From positions 682,001-746,000 of the forward strand of contig JAKMXF010000310.1 of assembly GCA_024704765.1 (NCBI GenBank): DNA of 64,000 bases, given 5' to 3'. The notes under the pieces were generated by a model, which saw only the letters and a list, made by a program, of their open reading frames with translations, made no database searches and was not told the DNA's origin. Shown piece by piece: positions 1-10,425 of this stretch. The DNA comes from Oopsacas minuta. Its lineage: Eukaryota > Animalia > Porifera. Position numbers and translations under genes: made by a program. Positions within the stretch are counted from its first letter, which is position 1, and the number at the start of each line of letters is the position of its first letter.

Positions 1-128
1 CAAAATTTCGCAGCAAGACTCCTTAATCACATAAATTGGTACTACTTTCAGGTTGAGGTTTTAATCGAATTTGAGAACTGATAAAGAGTCACAATTGTAC
101 TGATGACTGAGATAGGCTAAATGTACTA

Positions 129-1461
129 CGGGCGTTCAATAAGTAGTCGTTATTCCAAATTTTGTAAGTCGGAATATTTCGACCTAGATCAAACTGAATC
201 TTCTAATAACAATCCATCTATTGTGAATTCAATAATGCAGAGCTTTTTTGATTCTGATGTCTCGTTGAAATATTGTACCTATTTACATTTTGACAGTTTA
301 TTATAGTAACATTTTTAATGGCTTCAAAAAGTACAGATTTCAAAATTGAGCAGAGAGCATATGTGAAGATCAGAACACTGCTCAAGGTTTCACCAACAGA
401 TGTCCACAAAGATTTAGAGGAAGTTTATAAGGATACAGCACTTCCATATTCCACTGTTGTTGATTGGGCTAGACGCTTTCGTGAAGGTAGAGTGTCCATT
501 GAAGATGGGGCAAGAATAGGGAGACCAGTTTCCAGCACCAATGACAAAAATATCCTTGAGGTATCCGCGTTACTTGAAGAAGACCCTCATATCACGCTTG
601 TGGAGATAGCTGATGCGGTTGGTATCTCAACGGGAACTGCTCAAGCTATTGTACATGATAATATGAAATTCCGAAAGATATGTGCTCGATGGGTGCCGCA
701 TTTACTAACTCAGGCCCAGAAAGCAAAGAGGGTCCAATGCGCTACTAAATTGCTCTCTGAGTTTGATCGAACTGACTCCAGAAGGTTATTTGAGATAGTA
801 ACAGGTGACGAAACTTGGGTACGTTATTCTGAGCCTTTATCAAAAGAAGCAAACAAAGTATGGGTGGCAAAAGGACAGGACCCACCAATGATCCCTCGAC
901 ATGACTTTCGGGATCCGAAGGTTATGTACTGTATATTTTTTGATTCTAATGGTCCAGTGTGCCAGATTTGTGTCCCCAAATACCAAACAATAACAGGCTC
1001 CTTCTACACCAATGAGTGTCTAACAGAGGTTGAAAAATTCTACCAAAATCGACGGCCAAGGACTGGAACTCGTGGATTGCGAATATTGCATGATAACGCC
1101 CGACCGCACAAGACAAAGCTGGTTAGAGAAAAGTTAGAAGCTATGAAAATTGTGGAGCTAGATCACCCTCCCTACTCGCCAGATCTAGCTCCCTGTGACT
1201 TTTGGTTGTTTCCAAAGCTAAAGAAACATCTATCAGGCAGGAAATTCGAGAGTCGAGCTCAGATAGGATCGGCGATTTTCCAGTATATGAAAGGTGTACC
1301 AACCGAAGACTACAAAAAAGTATTTTTCGATTGGATAAAAAGGCTGAAATTGGTTTTACAGCACGAAGGGGAATACTTTGAGAAACTCCATCACTGATTA
1401 CACAATTGTGCTAGAAAAATTTAGAATTACAATGTGATAACGACTACTTATTGAACGCCCG
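129..1461 (+). mobile_element. Full-length autonomous mariner (Tc1/mariner DD34D) transposon
   Basis: Perfect 25-bp TIRs CGGGCGTTCAATAAGTAGTCGTTAT at 129-153 and 1437-1461, TA duplication at 127-128 and 1462-1463, and one uninterrupted transposase ORF inside. Confidence 0.97.
318..1397 (+). CDS. Mariner transposase, 359 aa, intact
   Basis: N-terminal HTH region, WVPHLLT linker, TGDETW, LHDNARPH and YSPDLAPCDF motifs. There are 34 residues between the second and third Asp (DD34D). Confidence 0.97.
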   Translation: MASKSTDFKIEQRAYVKIRTLLKVSPTDVHKDLEEVYKDTALPYSTVVDWARRFREGRVSIEDGARIGRPVSSTNDKNILEVSALLEEDPHITLVEIADAVGISTGTAQAIVHDNMKFRKICARWVPHLLTQAQKAKRVQCATKLLSEFDRTDSRRLFEIVTGDETWVRYSEPLSKEANKVWVAKGQDPPMIPRHDFRDPKVMYCIFFDSNGPVCQICVPKYQTITGSFYTNECLTEVEKFYQNRRPRTGTRGLRILHDNARPHKTKLVREKLEAMKIVELDHPPYSPDLAPCDFWLFPKLKKHLSGRKFESRAQIGSAIFQYMKGVPTEDYKKVFFDWIKRLKLVLQHEGEYFEKLHH

Positions 1462-1546
1462 TAGTACGATGACGAGAACTATTACATAGCTATTGAATTG
1501 ATCATAAGATTATAACCAATATACCCACAATATGTAACGGAGTTCA

Positions 1547-2560
1547 ATGAACCGGGCAAACAGATCAATAATTTTTATGATAATTAATGCATTTTGTGGG
1601 CCAAACAGTATAAATTGTGGCAATTTTGAGAACAATCATATTTTTCAAATCCAATCAAGAATGGCTACTCGTTGTCCAGAACATATAGCGATACAGGGAG
1701 CAGAATTACAAAGCATTCCAATCCCGAATTATGCGGAATTTCAAGTGCCAAAAGTTGCTGTAGCGAAAACAGGATCAATACCTGGAAATTTCAATGTTCC
1801 AAGAAGTATCATGATAGAGCCTCAATCCGGGAACTTTTATGTAGCAGATTCAGGAAATAAACGGATCCAAATATTCTCTAATACAGGAGAGTATATCAAC
1901 AAATTCGGTGAAGAACATCTGACGAATCCATGGGGTATTCTGTTCCATCAGGACTCTATCTATATCACGGATATATGTCATAACGCTATATTACAATTCA
2001 AACTTAAAGATTTCACATTAGTGAAGAAAGTCGGCCAGAAAGGAGATGGCAAGAAAGAGTTCGATGGTCCTAGACAACCAGCAATATCTCATAAACATCT
2101 GATATACGTGCCAGACGAATACAATGAAAGAATACAAATCTTAACCCCAGATCTAGATTTCCATGCTGAGCTCAGAAATAATGACATGTCATCGCCAGCT
2201 GATATTATATTCCGAAATGATAAAATGTTTGTTTTAAGTTGTGATGACCTTACATGTATTTATGTGTTCGACCTGAAAGGAGAATTCATCCGCTGCTTCA
2301 TAACAATGGGAGAAGGAATGCAAATTACTAGAGGAATGTTTTTCTGCATGGACGGTCATAATAACTTCATCATTACAGACTGGTTAGAAGATGATATCAA
2401 AGTTATCTCTCCAGAAGGACAATTATTACACACGATAGGGAAGTATGGGTACAAACCAGGCACATATTCCTATCCCGCAGGCATAGTAATTCAGAATAAC
2501 ACTAATCTCATTTGTGTCTCCGAAAATAGACATTTTGGATTACAAATATATGTTTCTTAG
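1547..2560 (+). CDS. NHL-repeat beta-propeller protein (TRIM71/lin-41-like NHL domain). The true start may be ATG 1661
   Basis: Repeated NHL blades such as FNVPRSI..FYVADSGNKRIQIF, LTNPWGI, FDGPRQPAI..IYVPDEYNERIQIL and YSYPAGI. Single exon. Confidence 0.9.
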   Translation: MNRANRSIIFMIINAFCGPNSINCGNFENNHIFQIQSRMATRCPEHIAIQGAELQSIPIPNYAEFQVPKVAVAKTGSIPGNFNVPRSIMIEPQSGNFYVADSGNKRIQIFSNTGEYINKFGEEHLTNPWGILFHQDSIYITDICHNAILQFKLKDFTLVKKVGQKGDGKKEFDGPRQPAISHKHLIYVPDEYNERIQILTPDLDFHAELRNNDMSSPADIIFRNDKMFVLSCDDLTCIYVFDLKGEFIRCFITMGEGMQITRGMFFCMDGHNNFIITDWLEDDIKVISPEGQLLHTIGKYGYKPGTYSYPAGIVIQNNTNLICVSENRHFGLQIYVS

Positions 2561-3994
2561 TTTGTAAATTTGAGGTAATAGGTTATTTAGTAGTATTGTA
2601 CATTGTGAATGTAAGTAATTTGAATGTCTCGAACAATTTAAAATGTATACTAATACATAAGGATCCTGAGAAATGGGATGATAAATCACATAAAAATTGA
2701 TTAACATTGAACGAAAACGCATTTAACGTTAAACGAGGACTGATATGCTCTCTTATACACGTTGTGTGAAAATAGGAATCAGCATCAATAATTGCTTAAT
2801 TGTTCGAAATATTTTAGTAACTTGTAATACATTATGTAGGAAAAGTAGGGAAACAATTTAGAATTTTTATCTGGGCTGGATAATGTAACGGCAAATCTTA
2901 GCTTCCTAAAAATACAATTAGAAATTTCCCAAATCCTGTTTTACTACACTACGTTGTTAACAGCAGGATAGTGGCTGTTATCAACTACATAACAGATACA
3001 CAACATGTACCACACAACAGTAAAATGCTTTGAAATACTATCCAGTAATGATCTATGGTTATAATCACATAATGAAATACCTGCTGTTTACAAACCCAAA
3101 TATTGTAAATATGTATAAACTTGTGGTGTGTTGTATCATAACTACAATTCTGTTTGCAGCATAATTATCAAAAAGTATTTCGGCTCTGCTCTCTGTTCGA
3201 ATTAGCGAAATACATACTTCCCAAACTTCCCAGGATCCCTGGATATCCAGGGAATATTGAAAATCCCGAGATTTGAGATAATATTTAGGGAAATAGTTAG
3301 AAAGGGTTGGGTAAGTTTGGAAATATATAGGAGCCGAATAACACGGATATTAGAGAATTGGTATTTTTGGTGCATAGTGGTTAATCATATTTAAACAACA
3401 TTCAATTTAGTATTCATACACATATTTCATATTGATGCAATAATGCTCAAGATTGGTTTTCAAGCCAGTGATAAATGGGTGTGTGGAATCGGTTTCTGAG
3501 ATGTTTAGTGCATGAAATACGTATTTCCACTTCCATCTCCACAATTCTACATGATATATCATATGGCTTTAAACCATAGACAATAATACATTTTATGTGT
3601 CTAACCTTAACCAATTACGAAATACCAGTGGAACCAAGTTTCAGGACTAGAGATTGCCAGATACTAGTCCTTCTAGTAAGGAGTCTATGGTATAAAAACG
3701 TTAACTAATCCCGTACCAGATGTAGTACTTCGTGTCCAGTCTAAGCCCTCCACTTCTATTTATATGGTTAAGGGGTGGGAGAGGACGTATGAACGATATG
3801 CAAAGTTACATATCATTCATACCATCTGAATCTCACCGTTGCAGTAAAATCATGTAGTCAATAATTTAAGATATCATGTTAAGTAACAGTCTCAGGAAAT
3901 AGAGAAATAACAGGGGAAGGCAAAATTTCTTAATATATAGTAGTTAAGCTCTTTGAATGAACAAAGTAAATAATAGAGATATTAGCTATGATAA

Positions 3995-5770
3995 TCAAGC
4001 AACGATCTGAAAGGAAGATATGTAGATATTTCCACCTAGATTAAAGCTAGGAACCTTGTTTCCAACAAACTTAGCGCATCCCCACTGATCTTCCCCAATA
4101 TTAGCATCACTAGATAATAATGCTAGTCTGCTCCTATCCTCAAATCTGTGGATATGGAAATAAGTTTCAGATCCTGGTACTGGAATAATCAATAGGTTAC
4201 CACCTTCTGAGTAGTTTTCTACATCTCTCTTATGGTATCTAGCACATCTAGATTCATTTTCTCCCAGGGGGGCGAGAGAACCACTGAGAGATACCCTACT
4301 ACCATCTTCTACCCTCTCCAGGTGAAAGTAGAGAAGGGTACCATTCTGGAAATACGGACGGATACGTATATTACCGCCCTGTGAATAGTTTGGTCGGTTA
4401 CCTCCGTGGAACATAGCACATCTCTTGAGATTATCACCCAGTAGTCTGTTAGGTAGAACTGTTAGAGAGAGTCTGCTATAGTCTTCTACACGATGTAGAT
4501 GGAAACACCTGAATTCATCTCGTGACGTCAGCAGGATGTCAGCTACAAACTGATCAAAGTAATTCTTAACAATTTGTGTTCCACTAATAGTAGTAGTATC
4601 TCTTTTGAAATCTAATAGGTTAAATCCTATCTTGAATATATCAAAGCAAGAGTTGAGTACAGCAATAACAGCTTGAAACAGATCAATAAATCCATCTTGA
4701 TGTAGTTGTATTAACTTCTCTGAAGCAGTATTATAATCACATTCATTTACACAATTCAATACAACAGCAGATAAATTCCAGTGATCTATCTCAGCTAATA
4801 GAGAATTTGTTAATCGTGTAGCACTGGCATAGAGCTGATCTTTTGCAGGATCTTGTATCCCCACTACGTGGAATACACCTGGTTCATCTAATATAGCCCA
4901 TACAGGAGCTCCACACTCTCTCTCAGTAGTAGGATATCTGTAATATAACTTATCAGGAGTTATTGATTCAACTTGTATACCTGACATATACATCTTATAA
5001 CTACCTGTACCACAGGTGGTATAGCCTGCTATAGATAGAGTATAGTCAGGATTTGTAGAGCTCAGTGCAGCTGTCTTCCATTTGAAACAGTTTGAAAGTT
5101 TTGAAGTTATCCCATTTACCAACAAACCCACATACCCAGTATTCCCGATATATTCCCAGCTCCTGGGGAGTAATATGCAGCGCTTGTCCTTGACAACAAT
5201 TTCACCACAAGGGAATTTGTTACCATCTCTCCCAGGATATATCAGTATCTCACTGGGAGATCCTCCATGCAATTTACTATACAACATATACCCACTTGTG
5301 ATAACAAGAAAATTAGATGCAAACCAACCTGTCCCGTGAATAACAGCTCCACTCGGGTACTTGCTAGAAATATGGCATATTCCGCTGTAAGGAGAAGATA
5401 GAGTGGGAGTGATAAGCAACTTGTTAGAAGAATTAAGTAGTGTTTTCATAGAAGTATCTGCCTCGCCTGGATCATTTATTTGTGATAAATAAGAGAATGT
5501 GAGATCTACTATATTAGTGTCCCACACATACATTCTCTCTCCCCATTGGAGTACACTAAATGTTTCTGGAGTAGTATCAACCAGGGATATCCCCAACAGA
5601 GTGGAAAGAGATTGAATATCACTCATATTTGATACTGGTAGGATTCTATACACGCGTATATCTTCTTGTCCAAACAACAGGTGCATTCCTTTGTCACACT
5701 TTAGGAAAGGGGAGAGTTCTTCAAGTAAGAAATCTTCTCCTCCAATTACGTCATGCTCACTTGATGCCAT
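3995..5770 (-). CDS. V8/GluBL-type trypsin-like pseudoprotease with a C-terminal three-fold ~56-aa repeat, 591 aa
   Basis: PYSGICHISS, GTGWF, PGRDGNKFPCG, IAGY and CGAPVW align with the Bacillus glutamyl endopeptidase motifs as I recall them. The catalytic His and Ser positions read Y161 and C286. Three repeats FHLxRxEDxSR...CA...GGN cover aa 422-591. Confidence 0.8.
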   Translation of the reverse strand: MASSEHDVIGGEDFLLEELSPFLKCDKGMHLLFGQEDIRVYRILPVSNMSDIQSLSTLLGISLVDTTPETFSVLQWGERMYVWDTNIVDLTFSYLSQINDPGEADTSMKTLLNSSNKLLITPTLSSPYSGICHISSKYPSGAVIHGTGWFASNFLVITSGYMLYSKLHGGSPSEILIYPGRDGNKFPCGEIVVKDKRCILLPRSWEYIGNTGYVGLLVNGITSKLSNCFKWKTAALSSTNPDYTLSIAGYTTCGTGSYKMYMSGIQVESITPDKLYYRYPTTERECGAPVWAILDEPGVFHVVGIQDPAKDQLYASATRLTNSLLAEIDHWNLSAVVLNCVNECDYNTASEKLIQLHQDGFIDLFQAVIAVLNSCFDIFKIGFNLLDFKRDTTTISGTQIVKNYFDQFVADILLTSRDEFRCFHLHRVEDYSRLSLTVLPNRLLGDNLKRCAMFHGGNRPNYSQGGNIRIRPYFQNGTLLYFHLERVEDGSRVSLSGSLAPLGENESRCARYHKRDVENYSEGGNLLIIPVPGSETYFHIHRFEDRSRLALLSSDANIGEDQWGCAKFVGNKVPSFNLGGNIYISSFQIVA

Positions 5771-6168
5771 GCTATATAATATAGAGCATGCCTAATTTTC
5801 TGAGACGTGACGGGATGTGATGTTGTACTAACTTCCCATCCAATCAGAGCAATTATCAATTGCTGATTGTCCCCAAAACATAGTTAAGTCTCACGGATTG
5901 TATGTAAATAAGCCTTATGAGACGTAAGTAAGCCTGCATTTTTCGGGACCGCCATATCACGGAAATTAGGAACGCTCAACAGCAATGGTAATTAAATGAA
6001 GGTAGAAATCATGAGACTTGAAACGAACGGAGTGAACCAATTATTATAATTAATCACATAAACTGTCAAATTAGGTCAGTGAAATCTTTTATAATTGAAA
6101 TTACTTGCAAACAGTTTAAATAGTGAAGTGATACAATAATTTAATAACTAGAAAACGTGAATAACAAT

Positions 6169-9100
6169 TTACTTCGGACCTTGTCTAAGTCTGAGATTCC
6201 ATGGTGGTGGAGTTATACCGCTACACTCATCAGTAGGTGAAAATGAAATAACATTAGCCCTAGTAAGCAAGCTCATGCTTCTAGCACTTAGTGAGGTAGA
6301 GAGAGAAGTGTTTAGTCTGAGAGGTGGGGAACCAAAGGTATTGTTCATGAGGACATCTTGTTCCAGGCTTGGTGGGGTGAGAAAGCTAACCTTTTTCTCT
6401 TTAGGGACTCGAGCTCTAGGTCGATTTGTTTTTACAGGTTTCTTCCTTCTCTGACTAGTTTTATTCAGTTCAGGAGATCCTTCTCCTATAGCTACGACAG
6501 GATAGTTATGAGTTATACTGAGAGGAGAAGCAACCTTTCTCCTATTCTCACTTTGTATATTTGTTAGTCTATTTAGTTGTAGTACTGCAGGAGTATTCTC
6601 TACACGACTACGTATCTTAGCATCTCTCAGTGTCTTTGTAACACTAACAGAGTGAGGAGATAGCAATACAACAGGAGAGAGGTTAGTGTGAGCAAGAACA
6701 ACCTCAGCAGCTGATAGAGATGCTCTCATGCTGATACTCCTCCTAACCTGTTTCTGATCTTCTTCATACCTCTTGATATCAAACTCTATTTCTTCAGCCA
6801 GCTGTTTATCAGCTGATAGCACTTCTGTGAACTTGTCTTTGTAGTCATCTTTGAGTCGATGCAAATACCCCATGAGGTTACTTATGATAGGAGAACGTTC
6901 TTTCTGCAGCAACCGTTTCATACTAATTATAGTAGGAATAATATTCTCAATTACATCTTTCTTGACAAGAGTTTTAATCATATTACTCTGTAAGTTGACA
7001 GCATCTTCCATTGCTTCACGCTCATCATCTTCTAAGTTATCTGGTGAGTGTGTCTTTACATATGATAGCTTTATCTCATCAGAACAGAGTATAGATAGTG
7101 CATCTGTTATGAGAAGAGAGTTAGCTATGTTTAACTTGAGAACTTTATCCACAGTACTACCTAGGATTTCCTGTACGATACGTCCTGATAGATTGAATCT
7201 CTGTTCATCACTTAACTGCTCTAGCATGTAGTTATATATATTAAATCTCTTCCTTGTGTTTGAAACTCCTGGCAGACAGAATCTTTCAATTTCAGTATCA
7301 GTCTGTGTAAACTGATTACAACTAGGATGGTTACTATTATGCTGGAAGTAGAATATAGACTCTATGAAATGGTGGTATAAAGCACGAGGATATTTCTTCA
7401 GTAATACATGCTTAAGACAGTAATGTACCAGATCTCGTAGCTCATCTTCAGTATCATTAATTACAGCTAACAGATGGTAGATGAGAGTACCTTTCAGCTT
7501 AATATAATCCTCCTGTATCAGTTTAGTAAGGAGAGTAAGTGTCTGTCTCCGTACAACATATGAACCATCCTTAAGACATGGAGATATATGTGATAGGTAG
7601 TTCTCTATGAGATTAGGATACCGTACACACATATCACATAGTATTATTATAATGTTACTCTTAAGAGGGACACTGTTAGAAGTGAATAACTCCTCTGCCA
7701 GGAGGTCAGGACTGTCGTAAGCTAAGTCCTGCTTAACGAGACATAGCTTACCAAACATAATACAGATAAATGCTCTCACTCGTGGAGATAAGTCAGGTCT
7801 AATGGAACGTAAACTGGTGTCTGGATTCAAGCTTGGTTTCTGTATGAGTGCCCATTGGATGAGAGGAGGTATGTCAGGGTCTATCTCATCAGGTGACACA
7901 GTAATGAGCTCTCCTAGCAGAGACAAGCTAGTCACGAATTTATCTTCTGATGTTAAATTCTCTGGGGAAATATCCTTCGCACGATGTAACCATTCTTTCA
8001 CGAATACACTACAATTACGAATCATATCAGCTGTCCACATAGAGAACCAACCAGGTCTCCGATTGGCAGGATTCTTTGAATGACACAGGAGTATAAGTGC
8101 ATTCACATAGATTTTAATATTGTCAGGACTCATTGTAGATTTCTCTAATTCCCCAGACATCCACATCTGTAGCTTATCAGCCTGGAAATCAGTCAGTTTA
8201 CTATGTAGATTAGATAGGATCTTAATCATAGAGAATATCTGGTGATGACATCTGTCAGGAGTGTCAATAGCTTTCCTCCAGGCGTTGTACACTGTATCTA
8301 CATTTATAGATTCTGTTTGCTCAGATAGCAGAGCAAGCAGCCGCCATGCATCCAGATGGTTAGGACTAGTCGTGTAAGTGATCAGTTTGCTAATCAGCTG
8401 TGCAGTTAGTTTCTTAGCTTTATTCAGTCTCTGTAAGAATATAGTAAAGTATAGATGATAGTCAGAATAATGTTCTCCACATATGTGAGATAGAAGAGAC
8501 CAGGAGTGGAGCAACTCAGTCTCATCTGTCTTGTAGGGTCTGAGCTGTGAGAAGATCTCTTCCATCAATACCTCTACACACCTCTCCTGTACTGAGGCTT
8601 CTGGGTCTAAGACAAGGGGCAGGAGTCCTGATAGGAAAATGTCCTGTACAGGAGGATAATTTGGAAAAGATAGGAGCAGTTCTCTGAGGGATATGATAGC
8701 TTGCTTCCTGACTGAGAGAGAAACGTCGAAAGCTCTCTTACGTATGGGACGCATCCATTCTATGATGGCGTCACTTGATAACAGACGCAGGACCCCTTCT
8801 AAGGCTGATAGTGCACTCTTACGCACACCAGCCTTTTGGTCTAACAGTCTGTTGGATAGCAGATCAAGGAGATGACTAGTAGAGTCTCCAGAAGCAGTGA
8901 TAAGAGATTTGATAGCATCCTGCACGTGTGGAAGGTTAGAATTAGTCGATAGTTCGTATATAGCATTAAGAGCATTAGTACGTACGGGAGATACTGAATC
9001 AGAGCATATCCTTACTATCCAATCCAAAAGAAAAGTGTATAGCTTAGTAGTATTAGCTGATATAGTATCAATACACACCTCACAGTCTATATCAGTAGTA

Positions 9101-10215
9101 GATATAAACTCAAGTGCTACTGAGACAGACACATTCCTATGTTCGTGTCTCTTGGAGTGCGTCAATGAGGAAAACCAGCAGAAGAAAGCAGAGAAGTCCT
9201 CTCCTTGGAAATAAGATACCAACTCCTTTATTACTTTAGCTCCTCGCGTCTTGTACTGAGTGTGTACAGGACATTTCAGACATATATGTCTAGGTAGGAC
9301 GATAAAAGTAATCTTAGCTTCCCTATCCATCAGTCCTGTATCCAGTATGTAGTTTATGTAGCTAAGAGCTTGTACACATAGTTTCTGTTGAGGCTTAGAT
9401 ATGGTAGAACTGTTCTTGCTATCAACTCCTTTGAAAGTTAGCAGAGGGAATAGATGTTTGATTATTTCAGTCAGAATATCTTTCTCATTCCCGTGTAAAG
9501 GTTTATGTACCTCTTCTACACACAGCCAGGCTAGACGGTTAACTATACACGATTCATCATCTAGAGGGTAGCGAGTAATTACAGAGAACAGGGAGGAGAT
9601 GAGGTGAAACAGAGAGTCAGGATGTAACTGAAATCTGAAGTTCGTAAGCAGGACTTTTATCTCTACCAATATACTATGTAATATCCCTGGTCCTTCAATA
9701 CTACCTTCATAGTTCTCTTCAGCTAATTCAATATCCATATCAAGATCTTCTTCCTGTGTCATGACCTGTACATTGCTTCTCTTGCATACTTGTCTAACTG
9801 AAGAGCTTAATAGCTGTACACACTTGTGGAATACAGCTGGATGGAATAGTTTGTATATATTAGCTCCTTCTACAGAGAGTATACACACATAGCCTAGGCA
9901 GGCACTGAGGTTGAGATTAGTAGATCCGTTGGCAGACACAGAAAGAAACACAGCTGCTGTAATAGTGTCATGACGTACACCTGCCCGCATCAAAATATTC
10001 CACACACCTACTGTGTCCTCACGACAAGAAATACAGAACGATATGAATTCTTGCCAGGAATCAGGTTGATACACTTGGTGATCTGGTGGAAGGGAAAGTT
10101 CTAAATCTAGGAAATTAGTGTTCCAAAGCTCTGTGACAATCTCTTCTGGTATATCAAATACACTCAGTTTATCTTGAAGTAATGATATTGATGTGTCCAT
10201 ATTGAATGTATCCAT
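6169..10215 (-). CDS. NCAPD3: Condensin-2 complex subunit D3, 1348 aa, single exon
   Basis: HEAT-repeat protein with RLLDQKAGVRKSAL and the Cnd1 region LCDMCVRYPNLIENY...LIQEDYIKLKG...YHHFIESIF, plus KKDVIENIIP...LADKQLAEEIEFD typical of CAP-D3. Confidence 0.93.
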   Translation of the reverse strand: MDTFNMDTSISLLQDKLSVFDIPEEIVTELWNTNFLDLELSLPPDHQVYQPDSWQEFISFCISCREDTVGVWNILMRAGVRHDTITAAVFLSVSANGSTNLNLSACLGYVCILSVEGANIYKLFHPAVFHKCVQLLSSSVRQVCKRSNVQVMTQEEDLDMDIELAEENYEGSIEGPGILHSILVEIKVLLTNFRFQLHPDSLFHLISSLFSVITRYPLDDESCIVNRLAWLCVEEVHKPLHGNEKDILTEIIKHLFPLLTFKGVDSKNSSTISKPQQKLCVQALSYINYILDTGLMDREAKITFIVLPRHICLKCPVHTQYKTRGAKVIKELVSYFQGEDFSAFFCWFSSLTHSKRHEHRNVSVSVALEFISTTDIDCEVCIDTISANTTKLYTFLLDWIVRICSDSVSPVRTNALNAIYELSTNSNLPHVQDAIKSLITASGDSTSHLLDLLSNRLLDQKAGVRKSALSALEGVLRLLSSDAIIEWMRPIRKRAFDVSLSVRKQAIISLRELLLSFPNYPPVQDIFLSGLLPLVLDPEASVQERCVEVLMEEIFSQLRPYKTDETELLHSWSLLSHICGEHYSDYHLYFTIFLQRLNKAKKLTAQLISKLITYTTSPNHLDAWRLLALLSEQTESINVDTVYNAWRKAIDTPDRCHHQIFSMIKILSNLHSKLTDFQADKLQMWMSGELEKSTMSPDNIKIYVNALILLCHSKNPANRRPGWFSMWTADMIRNCSVFVKEWLHRAKDISPENLTSEDKFVTSLSLLGELITVSPDEIDPDIPPLIQWALIQKPSLNPDTSLRSIRPDLSPRVRAFICIMFGKLCLVKQDLAYDSPDLLAEELFTSNSVPLKSNIIIILCDMCVRYPNLIENYLSHISPCLKDGSYVVRRQTLTLLTKLIQEDYIKLKGTLIYHLLAVINDTEDELRDLVHYCLKHVLLKKYPRALYHHFIESIFYFQHNSNHPSCNQFTQTDTEIERFCLPGVSNTRKRFNIYNYMLEQLSDEQRFNLSGRIVQEILGSTVDKVLKLNIANSLLITDALSILCSDEIKLSYVKTHSPDNLEDDEREAMEDAVNLQSNMIKTLVKKDVIENIIPTIISMKRLLQKERSPIISNLMGYLHRLKDDYKDKFTEVLSADKQLAEEIEFDIKRYEEDQKQVRRSISMRASLSAAEVVLAHTNLSPVVLLSPHSVSVTKTLRDAKIRSRVENTPAVLQLNRLTNIQSENRRKVASPLSITHNYPVVAIGEGSPELNKTSQRRKKPVKTNRPRARVPKEKKVSFLTPPSLEQDVLMNNTFGSPPLRLNTSLSTSLSARSMSLLTRANVISFSPTDECSGITPPPWNLRLRQGPK

Positions 10216-10236
10216 TTTGATAAACTACGTAGAATA

Positions 10237-10425
10237 CAGTGGAAGCCGCTTAATCGGGATATCCGCTTAAACGGGACAATGGTTTGGGTACAGATTTTTT
10301 ACATAGAAAATCGTCGGATAATTGGGACATTGAATCGGTTAATCAGGATTTCTTATCCCGATTAACCGAATATGAATTATATTCGCTTAATTGGGATTTC
10401 TACCCCAATTAAGCGGCTTCCACTG
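10237..10425. mobile_element. pogo/Tigger-type MITE, 189 bp
   Basis: 18-bp perfect TIR CAGTGGAAGCCGCTTAAT, TA at 10235-36 and 10426-27, and internal subterminal GCTTAA..GGGA motifs. Confidence 0.9.

Noticed and set aside
3995-5770. Bacterial contamination as the source of the V8-like and YHYH genes
   Set aside because: Both are embedded among eukaryotic genes and host TEs with similar base composition, and the YHYH gene has eukaryotic secretion/GPI-type signals. HGT remains possible.
6358-9214. Plus-strand ORFs inside NCAPD3, and similar shadows in GVIN1, CCDC152 and the YHYH gene
   Set aside because: They are antisense shadows of long coding frames with no independent motifs.
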